Assembly: GCF_964355755.1 (NCBI RefSeq)
Contig: NC_092672.1
Coordinates: 10,044,001 to 10,108,000, forward strand
Direction of reading: 5' to 3'
DNA length: 64,000 bases
DNA from: Antedon mediterranea
Lineage: Eukaryota; Animalia; Echinodermata
Shown here: one piece after another, positions 49,601 to 64,000 of the stretch
How positions within the stretch are numbered: position 1 is the stretch's first letter
Layout: every line of letters begins with the position of its first letter
Notes under the pieces: model-generated
Database searches by the model: none
Told to the model about the DNA's origin: nothing
Seen by the model: the letters and a program-made list of their open reading frames with translations, nothing else
Position numbers and translations under genes: made by a program

Positions 49601-51640
49601 CACAAAAAAATGCAATTAGGAAGACCTAATTATAGGAGTTTAATATTGCCATGACATATTATAATCTATATACAATTTTATAAAGAAAGAAAATAGTATA
49701 TACATTTCTAAACTGACCGAGTAAGTGGGGGAACACAAGGCGTATTGATTGAATAGCATTTAGTTAAAAAATGAGAAAGTCGATGTCTATGGTTCATAAC
49801 CTATTCCACAAGGCAAGTGCTTACTGTATTGCTAGGCTATTCAACTTAATTACAATAATTGTGTACAATAATAATAATAATAATATTCAATTTCTATTAG
49901 AAATACGACCTACTTTGATTTGAACGTTACTAAACGTGGAACTATAGGCTAAAAGCTGGAGGGCATAATATCGTACGCCAGAAATGAAAAAAGCATGCAA
50001 CTTGATTTACGGGTATATGAGTGGGTGTAATATAATAATAATAATAATAATATATAACTGAATAGACCATTGAACCATAGTCAATTTCATGTACACTTGC
50101 AGTATAAAGGTTAAAAAAGTCGGAAATCAGTTTAACTGATCATTTTTTCTTTATAATAAAGGAAATAATATACAATGTAAACGAAATTATAAAACACAAA
50201 ACAAAAAGAAGCAAAACATTAATTTAATAATTATTGAATTATTATGTTATTAATTGAAATGAAATGTATTACAATATTTTTAATTGTTAAAATAAAGAAA
50301 TGAAAATAGTGGGTACAACAAATCTAGGGCATAGGATGTAATTATGTAAGCGTAATAACGAAAACGCATTGGATTTATTTGCAACGTTGTGTTTTCGCGG
50401 ATCACCAAACTCGCCATTAGTGCCTAAATCTAAATGTGCAAAATGTGTTGGGACAGGAGATTTTATTATTATTGTTCAATCACAAACTCATAACAAATCA
50501 TTAGTTTGTATAGAATACATAGATAAACACACTGTTTGTTCTGTCTCTACAATTACAGTAAGCGTGACTTTCCTTGCACACAAAATAATATAATGGGGGT
50601 TTACTAAATGGCAACATCTTTTCTTACTAATACGCGTTCTTAGAAAACAGTTTAATGTGTTTGTACATAATACTCAAATAAACGAATTCACACACCAATA
50701 TACTACAATTACAGTATTACACTATTTATGAGCACGGAAGTGATGTATTATTCTCATCTCTGCAGGAGATAACAGATATTGCTATTTTTCCGGGCTGTTA
50801 ATGTTTTTCGACAATTACATTTAAAATACTCGTAATATAAAGTTGATTGAGAGAGGTGACGGTGTGAAATATATTTATGTATATTTTTTAAACCTTTAAA
50901 AAAAAAATTCAGTATAGGCCTATTACACAGAGGCGCCTTAAAAGGTGCAACCACCTTAGCTTCAAGGCGCCTCAGATTAACAAATACAACATTTTAAAAC
51001 AAAAACTAACAGAAACATCAATCAAATAATCTTCCAGAATTAACAAGAAATTGTTGTTGTACATAATAAAACAATAAAGCAATACAGGAAATAATATTCT
51101 TTTTTAGGTCAACAATTTTTACACATTTTGTTTTACATCCTTTCGAAAGCAATATTTAATATTATTTATCTTCGTCCGCAAGAAGTTAATTCTTTGACAA
51201 TTCAAGTTATACTACCTGTATTGAATTCATTATAATTTTCAATATTAAGAATGATGATTTGATTACAGAATAACAGTACAGTAACTGATGGAATATAAAC
51301 ATGATAGTTAATGCAGGTATCGTGATTTTCCTTCATCGTTAATTCAAGAAATTGAACACTTAGTCTCTTCTTAACGTGATGAAAACAAAACAACTTACAA
51401 TGATGAGTCCAAAATGTAACACATTATTAGATTGAAGTATTTCGTGATTTTTGCAAGTCTTCTGAAAATTAATTACGCTGTGTGTTATGTTGACACAATA
51501 TTAAATAAATGTCACATAATATGAATAATCAGAAATATCAGCATGATTTAATACTCATCGATCTAATTTCTTACTTTGACAAATCATGTTATTTTTAATA
51601 CGGTATCGATTTTGTGTTAGATGACATACTTTCCGTTTTT

Positions 51641-52406
51641 TAGTCGCGTGGAAGCGACTCTATAGTTCACTATGTCGGTCGGTCGGTCGGTCTGTCGGTC
51701 TGTCGGTCCGGTATCACTATGCGTTTTATCGCTTTCTGACCTTATCTTGATATCAGTTTAATCTAGCTAGGTTAATTTTTCACAGTATATTCCTTATGGC
51801 CAGGAATCAATGTGGTTATGTTTTCACGGTGCGCAATAAAAAATTACGCGGTCTACGCACGATTTAACGAAATCACGTTTGTAATCATATCTTCACAACC
51901 ATGAATCACAATTAAATAAAATTTGGTACTCATAAATTTCAGGGCATAACTCATCATATGGCAATACAATTACGTGCGTAGCGCATGTAACGCATGCGTA
52001 CGCGCGCTTAAAATTTTCAAAATTTATTTTCGATGAAATAAGAGTACGTTTCAGGCAATTTTAAGCGTTTACAAAATTGCTATGAGTGTGCATATTTTTG
52101 TGCACGCACTGCGCGTTAAATGTTATTGCGCACTGTTTTTGCCCGATTTCTGTTTTCTTGACTTACTTTTCAACTCGAAATTACGTTATACGAGCACGTC
52201 AAAAGTGACAGGCTACGCACGTGTAAATTAAAAAAATATAAATGTTTTTAAACATTTCAAAATTTTTAAACATGTTCAGTAATTTCGGTCAGTATAGTTC
52301 ACTATGTCGGTTGGTCGGTCTGTCTGTCGGTCTGTCTGTCGGTCTGTCTGTCGGTCCGGTATCACTATGCATTGTAGCACGCGACTTAATGGCTGTTGGC
52401 CTTGTT
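51641..52406 (-). mobile_element. Longer HINE/Helentron-type element
   Basis: TTTTAGTCGCGTGGAAGCGACT hairpin, two copies of TATAGTTCACTATGTCGG(TCGG/TCTG)nTCCGGTATCACTATGC, ends GGCCTTGTT. Confidence 0.75.
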
Positions 52407-53341
52407 ACTGTATAGTTGAATGAATGAGTGTTATTTATATATTTTTTTCTCTTTTGAGGCGTAAACACCAATTTGATTCACATTAACACCATCCTTCATG
52501 TCATCACCATAAAATCATATTATTTTTATTATTATCACATTTTTGATCAATTTAATCAGTAACATTTTTAAATATTGTAAATTTTGTACATTTATAGTTA
52601 CTGTATTTACTAAGACAAGTATCATAGCTTCGGAAAGACTGTTCTTAAGTTAATATAATTAATGATACAGAAATACGCAAGAACATTAATTTATCTTTTA
52701 ATTAGGCCTAGATTACCTCTTTTGTAACACACAGGTAACATTATATTATATCTCATTCGATTGGTTAACTTCGTACTAAGTTGCATTCGTAATTGTGTTC
52801 CATTCGACGGGAAATGGTAATAATGGTTCGTAAAAAGATGATTGTGCCACGCTTGTTTAATAGGTCGATATAATGAACTAAATACCACTTCACTTGGTGG
52901 AGTGACGTCACTTTGACTTGTGTTGACCGAAACCGAAATAAATGAATGATTAACTGGATGAAAGTTTAATGCGTGATGTTTAATAAAAAAATTAATTTGT
53001 TGGGGATAGTACAAAGGTCTATTTCAACAAATAAAAAAATGCTCTTAGTAATTAATACAGAAATGTATTTATGAGAAAATAGTAGTACTGCAAGCAGAGC
53101 TCCGGGCATGGATGGATTTGTTATATTTATTATTATATTCGGTTAAATGTTATATGTTAAATTGAACACGTGGAGGAACAAGAACTTCTATTCTGGTGAA
53201 TTTTCAGATTTAAAGAAGATGCAAACAAGATGGATGACGACCGTGTTTTTGAAATAGCGCGAAAAAGTTTAATAAAGTATCATAAACGTAACATGTAAGT
53301 TATATATTAAGTATAGTTATCTGATAGCATTCTCTTACCAC

Positions 53342-53594
53342 ATTTTTTAACCATATTTAATGAGGGTGATCCATCCAGCAATTGCTGATCATTAGGGACC
53401 CTCAGATGTTTACAAGACAAACATGTACACAAGATGCTCTACATAAACAAAGTCTTATTACAAGTCTTTGGGAGTGGAGTTGTAATTTTGTCCTTAGAAA
53501 AAATCCTGACATGTGACGGGACTTGAACCCAGGACCCTTGGAGTGGAATAGTCAAGCATCATAACCAACCACCACCAAGCCACAACTCCACTCT
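53342..53594 (-). mobile_element. tRNA-derived SINE
   Basis: On - strand an A-box-like TGGTGGTGGTTGGTT and B-box GGTTCAAGTCC (53529-53519) at tRNA-like spacing, followed by a non-tRNA body; no convincing cloverleaf. Confidence 0.6.
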
Positions 53595-56500
53595 TAGGCC
53601 TATAAAATGTTTATAACTTGTTAAATACCTCGCTCAATATTTGATGTACTTATCCCCAATGATAAGAACTGGTACTCCAATAAAAATTAAAAAGCAAAAC
53701 CATAAGAAACAAAGGAGATCGTTATTGCAATGTTATATCAAATTGTTTGCAAGCACCATGTCTTTAAATAATTAACTTCACAATGAAACGATTAAAGCTC
53801 AGAAACTAACAATAAACTAGATAGGCCTAGAGATGCAAACAGTAACAATGTTATGTTTTTGTTTGGGATACAACACAAAAGTTTACTTCCTCCTGTAACA
53901 ATAACTTGGTATTGAACGTGCAAATACATTTAATTGGAAATACTGTGACCTTGAACACAGCTGCATCATAGAAATAACAATACATAACGATATGGTTGAA
54001 ACATTAAACCGTTCAAAACGTGAATAGTCTTGATATGAGTAAAATATTAAACATTAATTTAACTATAATTTGATTTGGTAATTCCATCCGATGCTGTCTT
54101 AGTTGCCCTATTAAGAATTGGAATTTTTATTTGAGTTGTTTTTACTATGATTGTTTGTATCATCTAGGCCTACAATATCATAGTATTAAGCATTTGCATT
54201 TGTGAAAACACGAAGGAAATGGTATTAGGCCTCCTATATTAAAACGGACATTGATGGTTTGAAAAACGGTAGGAACCGAGTAGGGGGTGTGGATCGGAGC
54301 AGGAAGTTGTAAAATAATATAATATTTTACAACTCCCTGATCGGAGGATGATTGACAGTGTTGTTCTAACACGTGTAAACATTAAACAAATGTAATGATT
54401 AGTAATAGTAATTTTGATAAATATTACCAAGTATAAACTTTATTTATTAAGCCGAACTTTAAATAAAACCAAATAATTCCGAAAAACAGGGATGCTGTAG
54501 CTAATCCTACATCAAATTAGCTCAAAATATAATCTCAACTGAAATGTCGGCATTGAAATGGATATTTGGTTTTTATGAGTAATAATCGCTGTATGAATGC
54601 AAGGAAAAGGTCATGGTATTTTTATTAACAAATTGCTTGGTGAATCAGGTGTGTTTTTACAAAAGACAGTAAGATAATAAAATTCATTAACTGTATAAAA
54701 AAAGCAGGTGGTGTTTAACAAACCGAATTGAATTGATGAAAGTATATTTATCACTGCATCATTGTATTTTCAAATAGAAATTAGCAATTTATCTACAAAA
54801 CACAATACATTGATTGATTTTCTACTAGCTGGTCATATTCTTCGTGTATGCCTACCTGTGTTGTTTAAATGTTTAAATCTTTAGCCAGATAATAACATAC
54901 AAGGTCATGATGGAGATTATGAGATTAATAAATAAAACTATATACAGTACCACGATATTAAACCTTGTTTTACTGTACTTCGCAAAAGTATCTTGGTATT
55001 TGTAAACCTACCTTATAAAATGGCGATAGAGAGGTGAATGCCTCACAACGTACGCTCCCTCGGCATCTTATTACAACTGTGTCATCATCAGGAATGCCAA
55101 GTTCAATAAAATACAACAACAGTAATAATTCAAGAAGCCAACCAACGCGTACTTAAATGTTGTACTATACTTCTAATACCATATTGTCCCAGATACTGTT
55201 AGTGTTCAGTTGGTGTTCAGTGATAAACTGGAAACACTTTCCTTTTTAATAGAAATATCACCAATCTTCTGCGATGTAATAATTACAGAAGTGAGAGATA
55301 ATAATCCTTGGCAAGCCGCATTCAACGATATAGTAGTACCAGACTTCACAGTATGTATCATAATAAATAAAACTCAGTGATTCGTTCGTTCCACTTGAAT
55401 CGTTTTACCTGTCTAGAAATAAACTGTCGCTACCATTGGCCAGGAAATGAAGCGGGGCAATGCACAGGAAATAGTTCAGAATTTCTTTAAAAACATTTCA
55501 GTAAATATTCAAAGCAGAAAAACAATGTTGATATGTCTATATATTTAAATTACGATTTACAAACTGTGTATTTTCTTTTTAGGTTAAAATTTTGATTTTA
55601 AGAATAACTTAATAATTTCTGCTGATTTTCCTAAATTTCAGTGGGACCGTAGTCTGTCACCTTGAGAGTATCATGCCAAATCAATGTAATTATGTATATA
55701 CGATCCATACTACATGAGTTTACATACATTATTGCAATGGATCAGGTATTTTAATAATATTTAGAATAGGACATTTTCGAAAGCGAAGATGTAGGCTAAA
55801 TACGTTTTTTTACCAGTTATCAACGGTACCGTTTACATCCTAGTTGTTCAATAGCCTACTCTGACGTATTAAAAAGTAATGACGCTGTAACAATACCTTT
55901 TACCAAGTTTAGCAATCTGTGTATCGTGCAATATAAAAATGGATGGATATCATGATAGTGAAAATGAACACATCCGAGAATATGTCGATATTTTTATTAT
56001 ATAAAGAAGATAATCAGTCACAATCAGGTGAGGGTATACGGGGAGCCATTCTATTCTGAAATTGTTACTCATTGGAAAAAGTGTTTCTGACAATGAACCT
56101 ATTAGATCCATGATAGGCCTACTTGTTAAACAAATATCATAAGGAAATTCTTGGATACTTTTTCGTTCGTAGTCTTCCTGGGAATTTCGCATCGTTAAAC
56201 ACAGACACAGAAAATTACAAGCACTTGTTTGAAATAATAATAATACATCTACGGTCAAAGGAAATGAGCAAGATACTCGAAGGATAATCATAATAATATT
56301 TGTACTTGTGTGACTTTTGTCATTTCTGGTTTATCCTACCTTGTGTACATATTGGAAGTGCAACGCATCACATGCAACAAAAGGAAGATTCATCGGATGG
56401 TGATTGGTCAAAGATTCAAGATGCAACACAATGAGGTAGATGTAACTAAAGCGAGTAGACAGACCAATGACAAGCGACAGTTCCAATAGTGCATTCCTTG

Positions 56501-56627
56501 TGATTGGTCAAATCATGGAGGAAATATACAGAATGTACAGAAAATATACTCTATATTCCTCCATGGTCAAATCAGTCACGAATAAAACACCATTCCATTG
56601 TGCAATGTATACAGGCCAAGCTATTTT

Positions 56628-56732
56628 TAATCGCGTGCAAACGCGACTCTGCAGCTCACTATGTCGGTCGGTTGGTTGGTCGGTCGGTAAACACTAACTT
56701 CAATTTGCGCACGCGACTGCATCCATGTATAT
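56628..56732 (-). mobile_element. HINE copy (family of 16254-16366)
   Basis: Reverse-complement match including the hairpin TCGCGTGCAAACGCGA and (GGTC)n. Confidence 0.75.
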
Positions 56733-59700
56733 GAACGAATGAATGAATGAAGGTTTCGTGGAAGATTCGGATAACCATTGGAAACGTATTAGTAAATGAT
56801 GTGATTGTATAAACGATACAGTAGGCCTATATTAAAGAAGAGACAATGTAATAAATACAATTGGTGCCAATCTGTGTTCATTTAAATGTTATTGTTGAGA
56901 GGATGATTGTATAAACATTATGTTTAATATTTACATGGAAACAATCAGTTGCTAACGCACCTTTTCCTCTAAAACTAACCGGGTGATAGTTGACATCATG
57001 CTGTTATTTTAAAGGTTTAGTTTACGTACACAATGATGAAAAAATATCCACAATAAAAATCTGCCAACTCTTATCTCAATGCAGTTGGTGTCTTCTCCAA
57101 GTTCACTCTATACCATTTTTATTAGATTTACCGTCTTTATTAAAATTATACTGTACTGCCAAAACTAGATTCCTAGTAAATTCATTATGTCTAACATTAC
57201 ATCTAAACAAAGTATAGAACTGACACTAAATAACGAGAGGGAAGCCATGGTTCGACGTTTCGATCTTTATTTGATAATATCAGGAATAGATCAAATAATG
57301 ATGAAACGTCGAATCATGACTTCCCTCGCGTTATACAATATCGACATTGTCAATAGTGTAAATGCCAGTTCGCGCTTCTTTTTTTTTTTGGTTAGGCCTA
57401 TATGCATTTTTACCATACCGTAGCTTCTGTGCACTGAGGCGTACCAAAAGAAATCTATCTCTCGTGTAGCGCATATTTCTTATTGTTATTAATTACAAAA
57501 CATTATAATTAGCCTACACTCCATTAATATTCTAATAAATAAATTCGTGCATGACATGTATGGAAGGCAAAATATTTAAAACAACTTATGGGTGAAATGA
57601 GTAAAGCAGAAAAGAATATAGAAAGACAGGACATTACAAGACCTGGAAAATTGTCATATATGGCTAGGCTACATAATATGTTTGCATTTTATTCGATATT
57701 GCGGCGCGAGAAACCATAGAATTGCTACTATGCCAGAGTAGACTCACTCTGGACACTAGACATTTGACATTTAATTTCTCGATAAATAAACTCCCAGACA
57801 TTTAGAACACTATTTTCCATCAAAGTCAAAGACCATTTAATAACTTATGATGCTTAATTTTCTATCAAAATATGTATATACTCTTCTATTATTTATTTCC
57901 AATTCATATTAATAATGCCGTCTTATGAATTTCATTTATGTAATTTTACTTTTCTTCAGTTTTCCCTTTCTCAGAAATGATATCGTTCTAGTTATAAGCT
58001 AAGTCTTATTTATTTTAAAGGTCCAAACTCGATAAGCGAAATTTTATGTATTTGAGAAAGAAGAACAAAGAAAGACAATAAAGATTATTATTATTATGAT
58101 ACGGAGCTGTTTTGTTTTCTTACTGATGTGTTTATTGCGCATTGCAAGTGTTTGACGTAAGATATAGGTCACCATAATTGCACTAAAATCTAATCTGTCA
58201 ATTTCTAGTGGATGTTATCAATATATTCTTAATTTCCATCTGTCAATTGTGAACATGGTTTGTTGAATCCACAAAAACTGTTTGCTTGGTTACGTCATGA
58301 CCTTTGAGAACCAGTTCAACAATTATTTAATAACGTATTTCTGAATGTTGTACGATTCCGGTATTTTTAGATAAAACTCGTTTATTTTAAATCAAGCGTG
58401 TTCAAGATTGGAATAATAACATCATAATCTACTGTAGTTTAGTTATACGATTAATATGTTAGCTGCTACTGTAGTATTGCTAAAGCTCTGTCTATGTATG
58501 TACATCGGCAAATTACATTTTTTGTTTGATAGTGTAGACAGGGCAGGCAGGTTGCCGTCAGACGCGTGCGATACTGATGTTTAACGTTGCAGACGTAATA
58601 CCGTACGGATAATCGGCTGTCACTGAGCTGTAGACCTATTTGGCTATGCGCACAGCCGAAGAAAACGATCGAGAAGCGATCAAAGCTACTCAGGACGCGT
58701 CGGTGTTATCATTACGGCTAGACAGTATATCTATTTTAAGTAGTAACTATCGATTGCAGATTATATCAGTATATTGAACCCACAATTGACCACATCCACG
58801 GGAAGATTAATCGTCTGGATACCAAGTCTACCTTGTTTAATTTAACAAAAGAATCGTACAAAGTCGGATAACCAACAATTTTAGGCTGAATATCAAAATA
58901 ATAATGTATTATCTTAAACATATTTGCTAATTAAGAAAGTAGACAAAAAATATAAAATGTAAGTATAAAAACCATTAGTTAATGAATATGAATCGTGAAT
59001 GGAGATGGTTTGGTAGGAAGATTCAAAACATATTAAACACAACTGGAAGTTCAACTAAAATGTTACAAAATCGAATCAGTTAATGACGCTATTTCTAACC
59101 ATGCTTAGGCCTATACTGATAATTTCAGAATTAAACAAGTAGCAGAAAATTTGAGGGAACAAATGCAATTGTTGAAATTTGTATCTTGTGCGATATAATT
59201 ATATCGATTATCATACCTCATTAGGCCTATATGCATCAAAAGCAATAGTGTATTTTCCTTTTGTCTAGTAAAAAAATGTATAGTTGTATTGGCCTACTAT
59301 TTCCGAGTAACGGTTTCTAATATACGGCTACGTGGAAATAAAATTATGGTATACAAAATTCTGCAGTAAAAATACAAAATAATATCCTTATCATTACAAA
59401 AAAGGTATTTTAAGAGAAAATCATGTCTGCTGGCTTAGAAGACAATGACTATGGCTGAGCCTATTTCCAGATAACACGGATGACAAGCCATACACCTTAG
59501 TACCCCGTCGAGTGTACAAACTTGACCATGAATGTACTCAGTATCCTAAGGTAAAAATTAATAATTCCTAGCCTCTGCCCATCGATAATCGGTGTTTACG
59601 AGAGAGGGAAGACTGTAACAAAACTCATGGGTCTATAGTGTATTATCAATAATAATAATAATAATAATAGAGTGGCCCAATATATTAAATAAGTACATCA

Positions 59701-60328
59701 TACACTGTAATATAAATACTAAATAAATAAGGTGGGCTTATTATATTACTACCAACTAAATTTTTCAATTTATTTTCCACATACTACTACATCAACAACT
59801 AAGTACAGGAAGATACATTATTTAAAGATCTGTGCAGAGCACAGATCTTTATCTAATAAGCCACCTTGGAAAATAATAATAATTACAATAAACATAAAAG
59901 CAGAGAAAAAATAAACAAGTAAATAAGGGAGTATACACAAAAAATGTAATATGTATAAATACATATAATTGTATAATATAAGCAGAGTGGGCTTTACACA
60001 TAGGGGCCTATATCGAGATATGAGAGAGTTTAAACGCACGCTTAAAGCTATTTAGATGTAAGTTTAAATTGGAAATAAACAGCCATAATTTGGGGCCAGC
60101 ATAATCAATCATCAATCAATCAATCAAAGTAACATTTATTTCTCTTCTTCTCTTTCATAGAATATAAAAATTAACAGTAAATATAATTAAAATAAGAGGG
60201 GAAAAAATGGAAAGTAGTCTAAGATGGGAATTGCAGGGTGATATTGAATAAAACATGTTAGCAGAAAATCTAGTTGAGTTGTAAACAGAAGAAGTAGAAA
60301 TTAATAAATTGTTTAAATGAGACGGCCG

Positions 60329-60581
60329 CCGTACGGTGGCTGATTTCAGCCAAAGAAAAAAAAATATTTTATAATAAATACGGCGTTATAACGCCGTAAT
60401 GTAATAGGGCGTTATAACGCCTTAATTTAGGGCGTTATAACGCCCTAATACAGCGTATTACGGCCTATTACGGCGTTATAACAACCTAATACGGCGTTAT
60501 TATAACGCCCTAATTACGGCGTTATAACAACGTATTATTATAAAATAATTGTTTTCTTTGGCGGAAATTAGCCACGTACGG
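60329..60581. mobile_element. MITE with internal palindromic repeats
   Basis: CCGTACGGTGGCTGATTTCAGCCAAAGAAAA / TTTTCTTTGGCGGAAATTAGCCACGTACGG; interior built of GGCGTTATAACGCC units. Confidence 0.75.
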
Positions 60582-63500
60582 CCGGGTTTGATTGTGTAAT
60601 CTGTACATAAATACCTCTCCTAGAACATCTTTTGGAATAAAAGCATAAATACATTATTTTTTTCCTCGAATAACCGTCCCCGCCACTTGGTTACGTACGG
60701 TACACATAAACACTATATTATAGCAAACTTCTATTTGTAGTAGAATCCATGACTTCCAATGACCTACAATATTTACCAAGCATGTTGAGTATACAATGTA
60801 TACTGTATTTTATCAATTCTTGATATTAGGCCTAATTGTGTCTTAATTGTTCATATCTAGGATGTACCGTATTCATTTTGATTGTACATGTTATCATATT
60901 ACGCCTCCCTCTAGTAAACGCTAACTCTCACGCCCGGGCTTTTATTCGAATAATTGCAGTGGATTTGAACACAGGTACTAGGCCTTTATAGCAACTTGAG
61001 ATCCCGGTAATCAATTAATGAATTTTTCGATTTTTATAATGAGATTTAAATTGTTTTCGAGAAAAGTTTGAAATAAATCAATCATGACTGTAAAAATCCC
61101 AAAGTTTAATCAATACAATATCGTTTAATTTTACACGTTTGATATTTCCATTACGTTGGCACACTGTTTTTATTACTGTTATTGCGCAACCGTATTGGAC
61201 AAAAGGAAATGTTGCTTTTTTTAATTCGTCACTTTTCATATTCATTTTTCAATAAATAAATACCTATATACGCATAATAAGAAAAGATGAATATAAAAAG
61301 TGAATATACGTTGACTGAAACAAAATTACATATATTTGTTTAACCTGGAATTGAAAGTGGTCGGTACCGATTTCCGATTTGCTATTCACCCGTGAATTAT
61401 CAAAACCATTTACTTCCTCTCATTGTGTGGGATTACCGTGACAAGCAAAGATCTGTCTGGTGCAGAGGTACATAACGTTGCTTTAGGCTACTTAATATTA
61501 GTCACACGTTGTTGGTGGAAAGTTGTTTGAATTTTCGATGTAAGTTTTAGCTTACATGATGATATGAGACACTTTGCTGTTGACTGTTTCACTGTTGACT
61601 TTTTTGACCGGAACTGAAATAGGAAATTGCGGACGGAACAAGATTCTGTCCGGACAAAAATGTACGAGGGTTTTCTTTTCTCCATTATAGATTGGATTTC
61701 GATCATCAAACCTTCAACAATAACAGATACAACATAGTATATTTGACAATAATCATATTCTGAGTAAAATCTTATTTTGGGGTAATTCATAAAGTATTAA
61801 CTTATTTCAACGGACGTTGGTAAAAGCCGTTCTGGTGCACACATGTAAATGTCGGCCTCATTAAATAAAAAAAAAAAACACCAAAAAACTACAAACGTTT
61901 TACTATGCCCATCTAGACTCTAAATAAGCAAGCCATACTGGCTAAATGGATAGAGAAATAAACCAATCAGGTATCATAGCGGCCTGGTGCGACTGTAAAT
62001 TAAAAAAAACAAAAAAAAAACATAAACTTCGCGATATCTTTATTCAAGCCAATTCATTATGACATTATTAACGTCGTTTAGATAATCCAATTTAATATTT
62101 AATTACCGTAATTTCAGGTAAATTGGTAATTATGTTTTATCGAGAGGTGAAGTGCTTCATTTTTAAAGTCGTTGCTTATGACAACATAAATTAATATCTT
62201 AACAGCATACGAGTCAACCAATAGCACATACGAGTACTGGTAACGTTTTGCGATACTAAGCATTTTTGTTTTTTTTAGTAATATTAAGATTTGTATCGCA
62301 TTTATGTACAGTTTATCAGGGAATTGTGCCTATGTGTATTACATTACAATGATTGATTCCAGTACCGGTACCGTACGTATAAGCCTATAGCAGTATGTTC
62401 CTGTTTCCTAGGATAGAACCACAGGAAAACAGTTAGGTATACATATATGGTTCGTTATTACTGGGCACTTGGAGCGACATAAATTCCTCTAATAGAAAGG
62501 AAAATATATACAGTATTGTCAATTAAAATATTAAATATGCCATTGAAGATAACATTTTAAGACATTTCATTTTAAAAACCAATACATACACACTCTTTTT
62601 ATGGCATATCGGTGAGCTTGTGTTTATACCTATATACACCGTATGAAAACACCAACACCGGATACCTGTTTATTTTTTTGAAAATCTTAAATAATAATTA
62701 AAGGCCCTGTATAAAGATACCGTACGTGAACATCTAATGTACGCTGAATGCGCATGCGCAAACCCCAAAGCACGCCTTGAACAAGAAAGTCTGTGTGATT
62801 ATGCATAAAAATGTCCCATCCGTATTCATTCAATACATTTTGATAGTAATGTTTTTTTTAATAAAAAAATACAAGTTTTAAAAAACTTGTTTAAATCTAT
62901 TGCAATTTAATATCCGTAGGAGTTGAAAATTAAGATTTATAATTAAGAATTAAATAAAAATTTTAAAGCCATTACTTCAATAAACACAAGTGAGGAAAAA
63001 ACCCCAATCGAAATGTCTCAGAATTAATAATTATGAATTTTGAAATGCAATTATAAAATTAATAAACAATTTTACTTTATGAATAATTGGAGCTTACTTT
63101 GAAAAAAAAAAGTAACTGCAGTATATTTATGAGCAAAAATGAAAAAGGATTTAAATGATATGTCCCGTCCTTAACAAAAATGTCTGTCCTGTTCCTACGA
63201 AAAATGTCATCAATATATTTTTGAATATGATATTTTCACCAAAAGTTTCAAAATATTTGTTTATAGGCCTAATGTATTGCATATAGTTTTAAAAGGAGAA
63301 AAAAACATTTTAAATTGTGGTATCAATACTTTTAACTAAAATGTAAAAAACACCATAAAACTAGTATTAAAATGTCGCAGATGAGACAAATATGAATTTT
63401 GAAAAGTATATATAAAATTTAATAAACAAAATATGTGTTATTAAATGCTTGAATATGTACAATAGGGACATAGAGTAACTATATCTGGCAAAAAAATGTC

Positions 63501-64000
63501 CAAAAGATGCATGGTTTGTGAAATAATTAGGATTTAATGATCTGTCCCGTCCGTAACAAAAATGTCCTGGATCAAAAAAAAATGATACCTGAAAAAAGGT
63601 TACATTTTTTTGTTGGGATTCTTTTCTACATAAGCGAATAATTTTTATTAAAACTGCAAAATGGCCTATTAATAGTCTTACTTATTCATGTTTCATGTTT
63701 TTACATCTTTAAATATAATATCACTAAAAAACCATTATTTAATTTTTTTTTAAAAGAACAATAAATAATAAAATACGTTTTTTTTTGTAAGAACATATTT
63801 CTTGTTTAAAATGGTATACAGAACTAAAACTAAACATCTAGCCAACTAATAATTACAATTTTCTAATAATGTAAATTCATCCAAGATGCCAATTAATGTA
63901 ATTTGTAAACCAATTTGTTCTGATTAAACGTAAATTCCGTCAAGGTTTAGGAATAAAATTTATATTTGAAATATAGCTTTGAGAAAACTACAGCTTGGTT

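Noticed and set aside
53504-53594. Functional tRNA gene
   Set aside because: A/B boxes present but stems do not form a cloverleaf; treated as a SINE head.
61488-61790. 100-aa minus-strand ORF
   Set aside because: No recognisable domain or supported splice structure.

Overview
AT-rich, intron-containing animal (invertebrate-like) genomic DNA; no prokaryotic genes, CRISPR array or rRNA. The core is a tandem array of five apparently intact, four-coding-exon histamine N-methyltransferase (HNMT)-like genes on + (9.3-39.2 kb), which I spliced by hand to 286-289 aa each. They keep the SAM-binding motifs, but the residues matching the vertebrate histamine pocket are replaced and differ between copies, suggesting a diversifying small-molecule methyltransferase family with unknown substrates. 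Converging on the array is a two-coding-exon orphan class A GPCR on - (44.6-46.6 kb; NRY motif, no Asp3.32, no Lys7.43, long ICL3). The rest is transposon-derived: a CACTA/EnSpm-like relic with a 102-bp repeat array, a frameshifted CR1/L2-type LINE, Helitrons, Helentron-type (HINE) elements, Mutator-, Harbinger- and Kolobok-like MITEs, a tRNA-derived SINE and minisatellites. Several insertions can be checked against empty sites in the duplicated gene units. All assignments are by eye; no searches were run.
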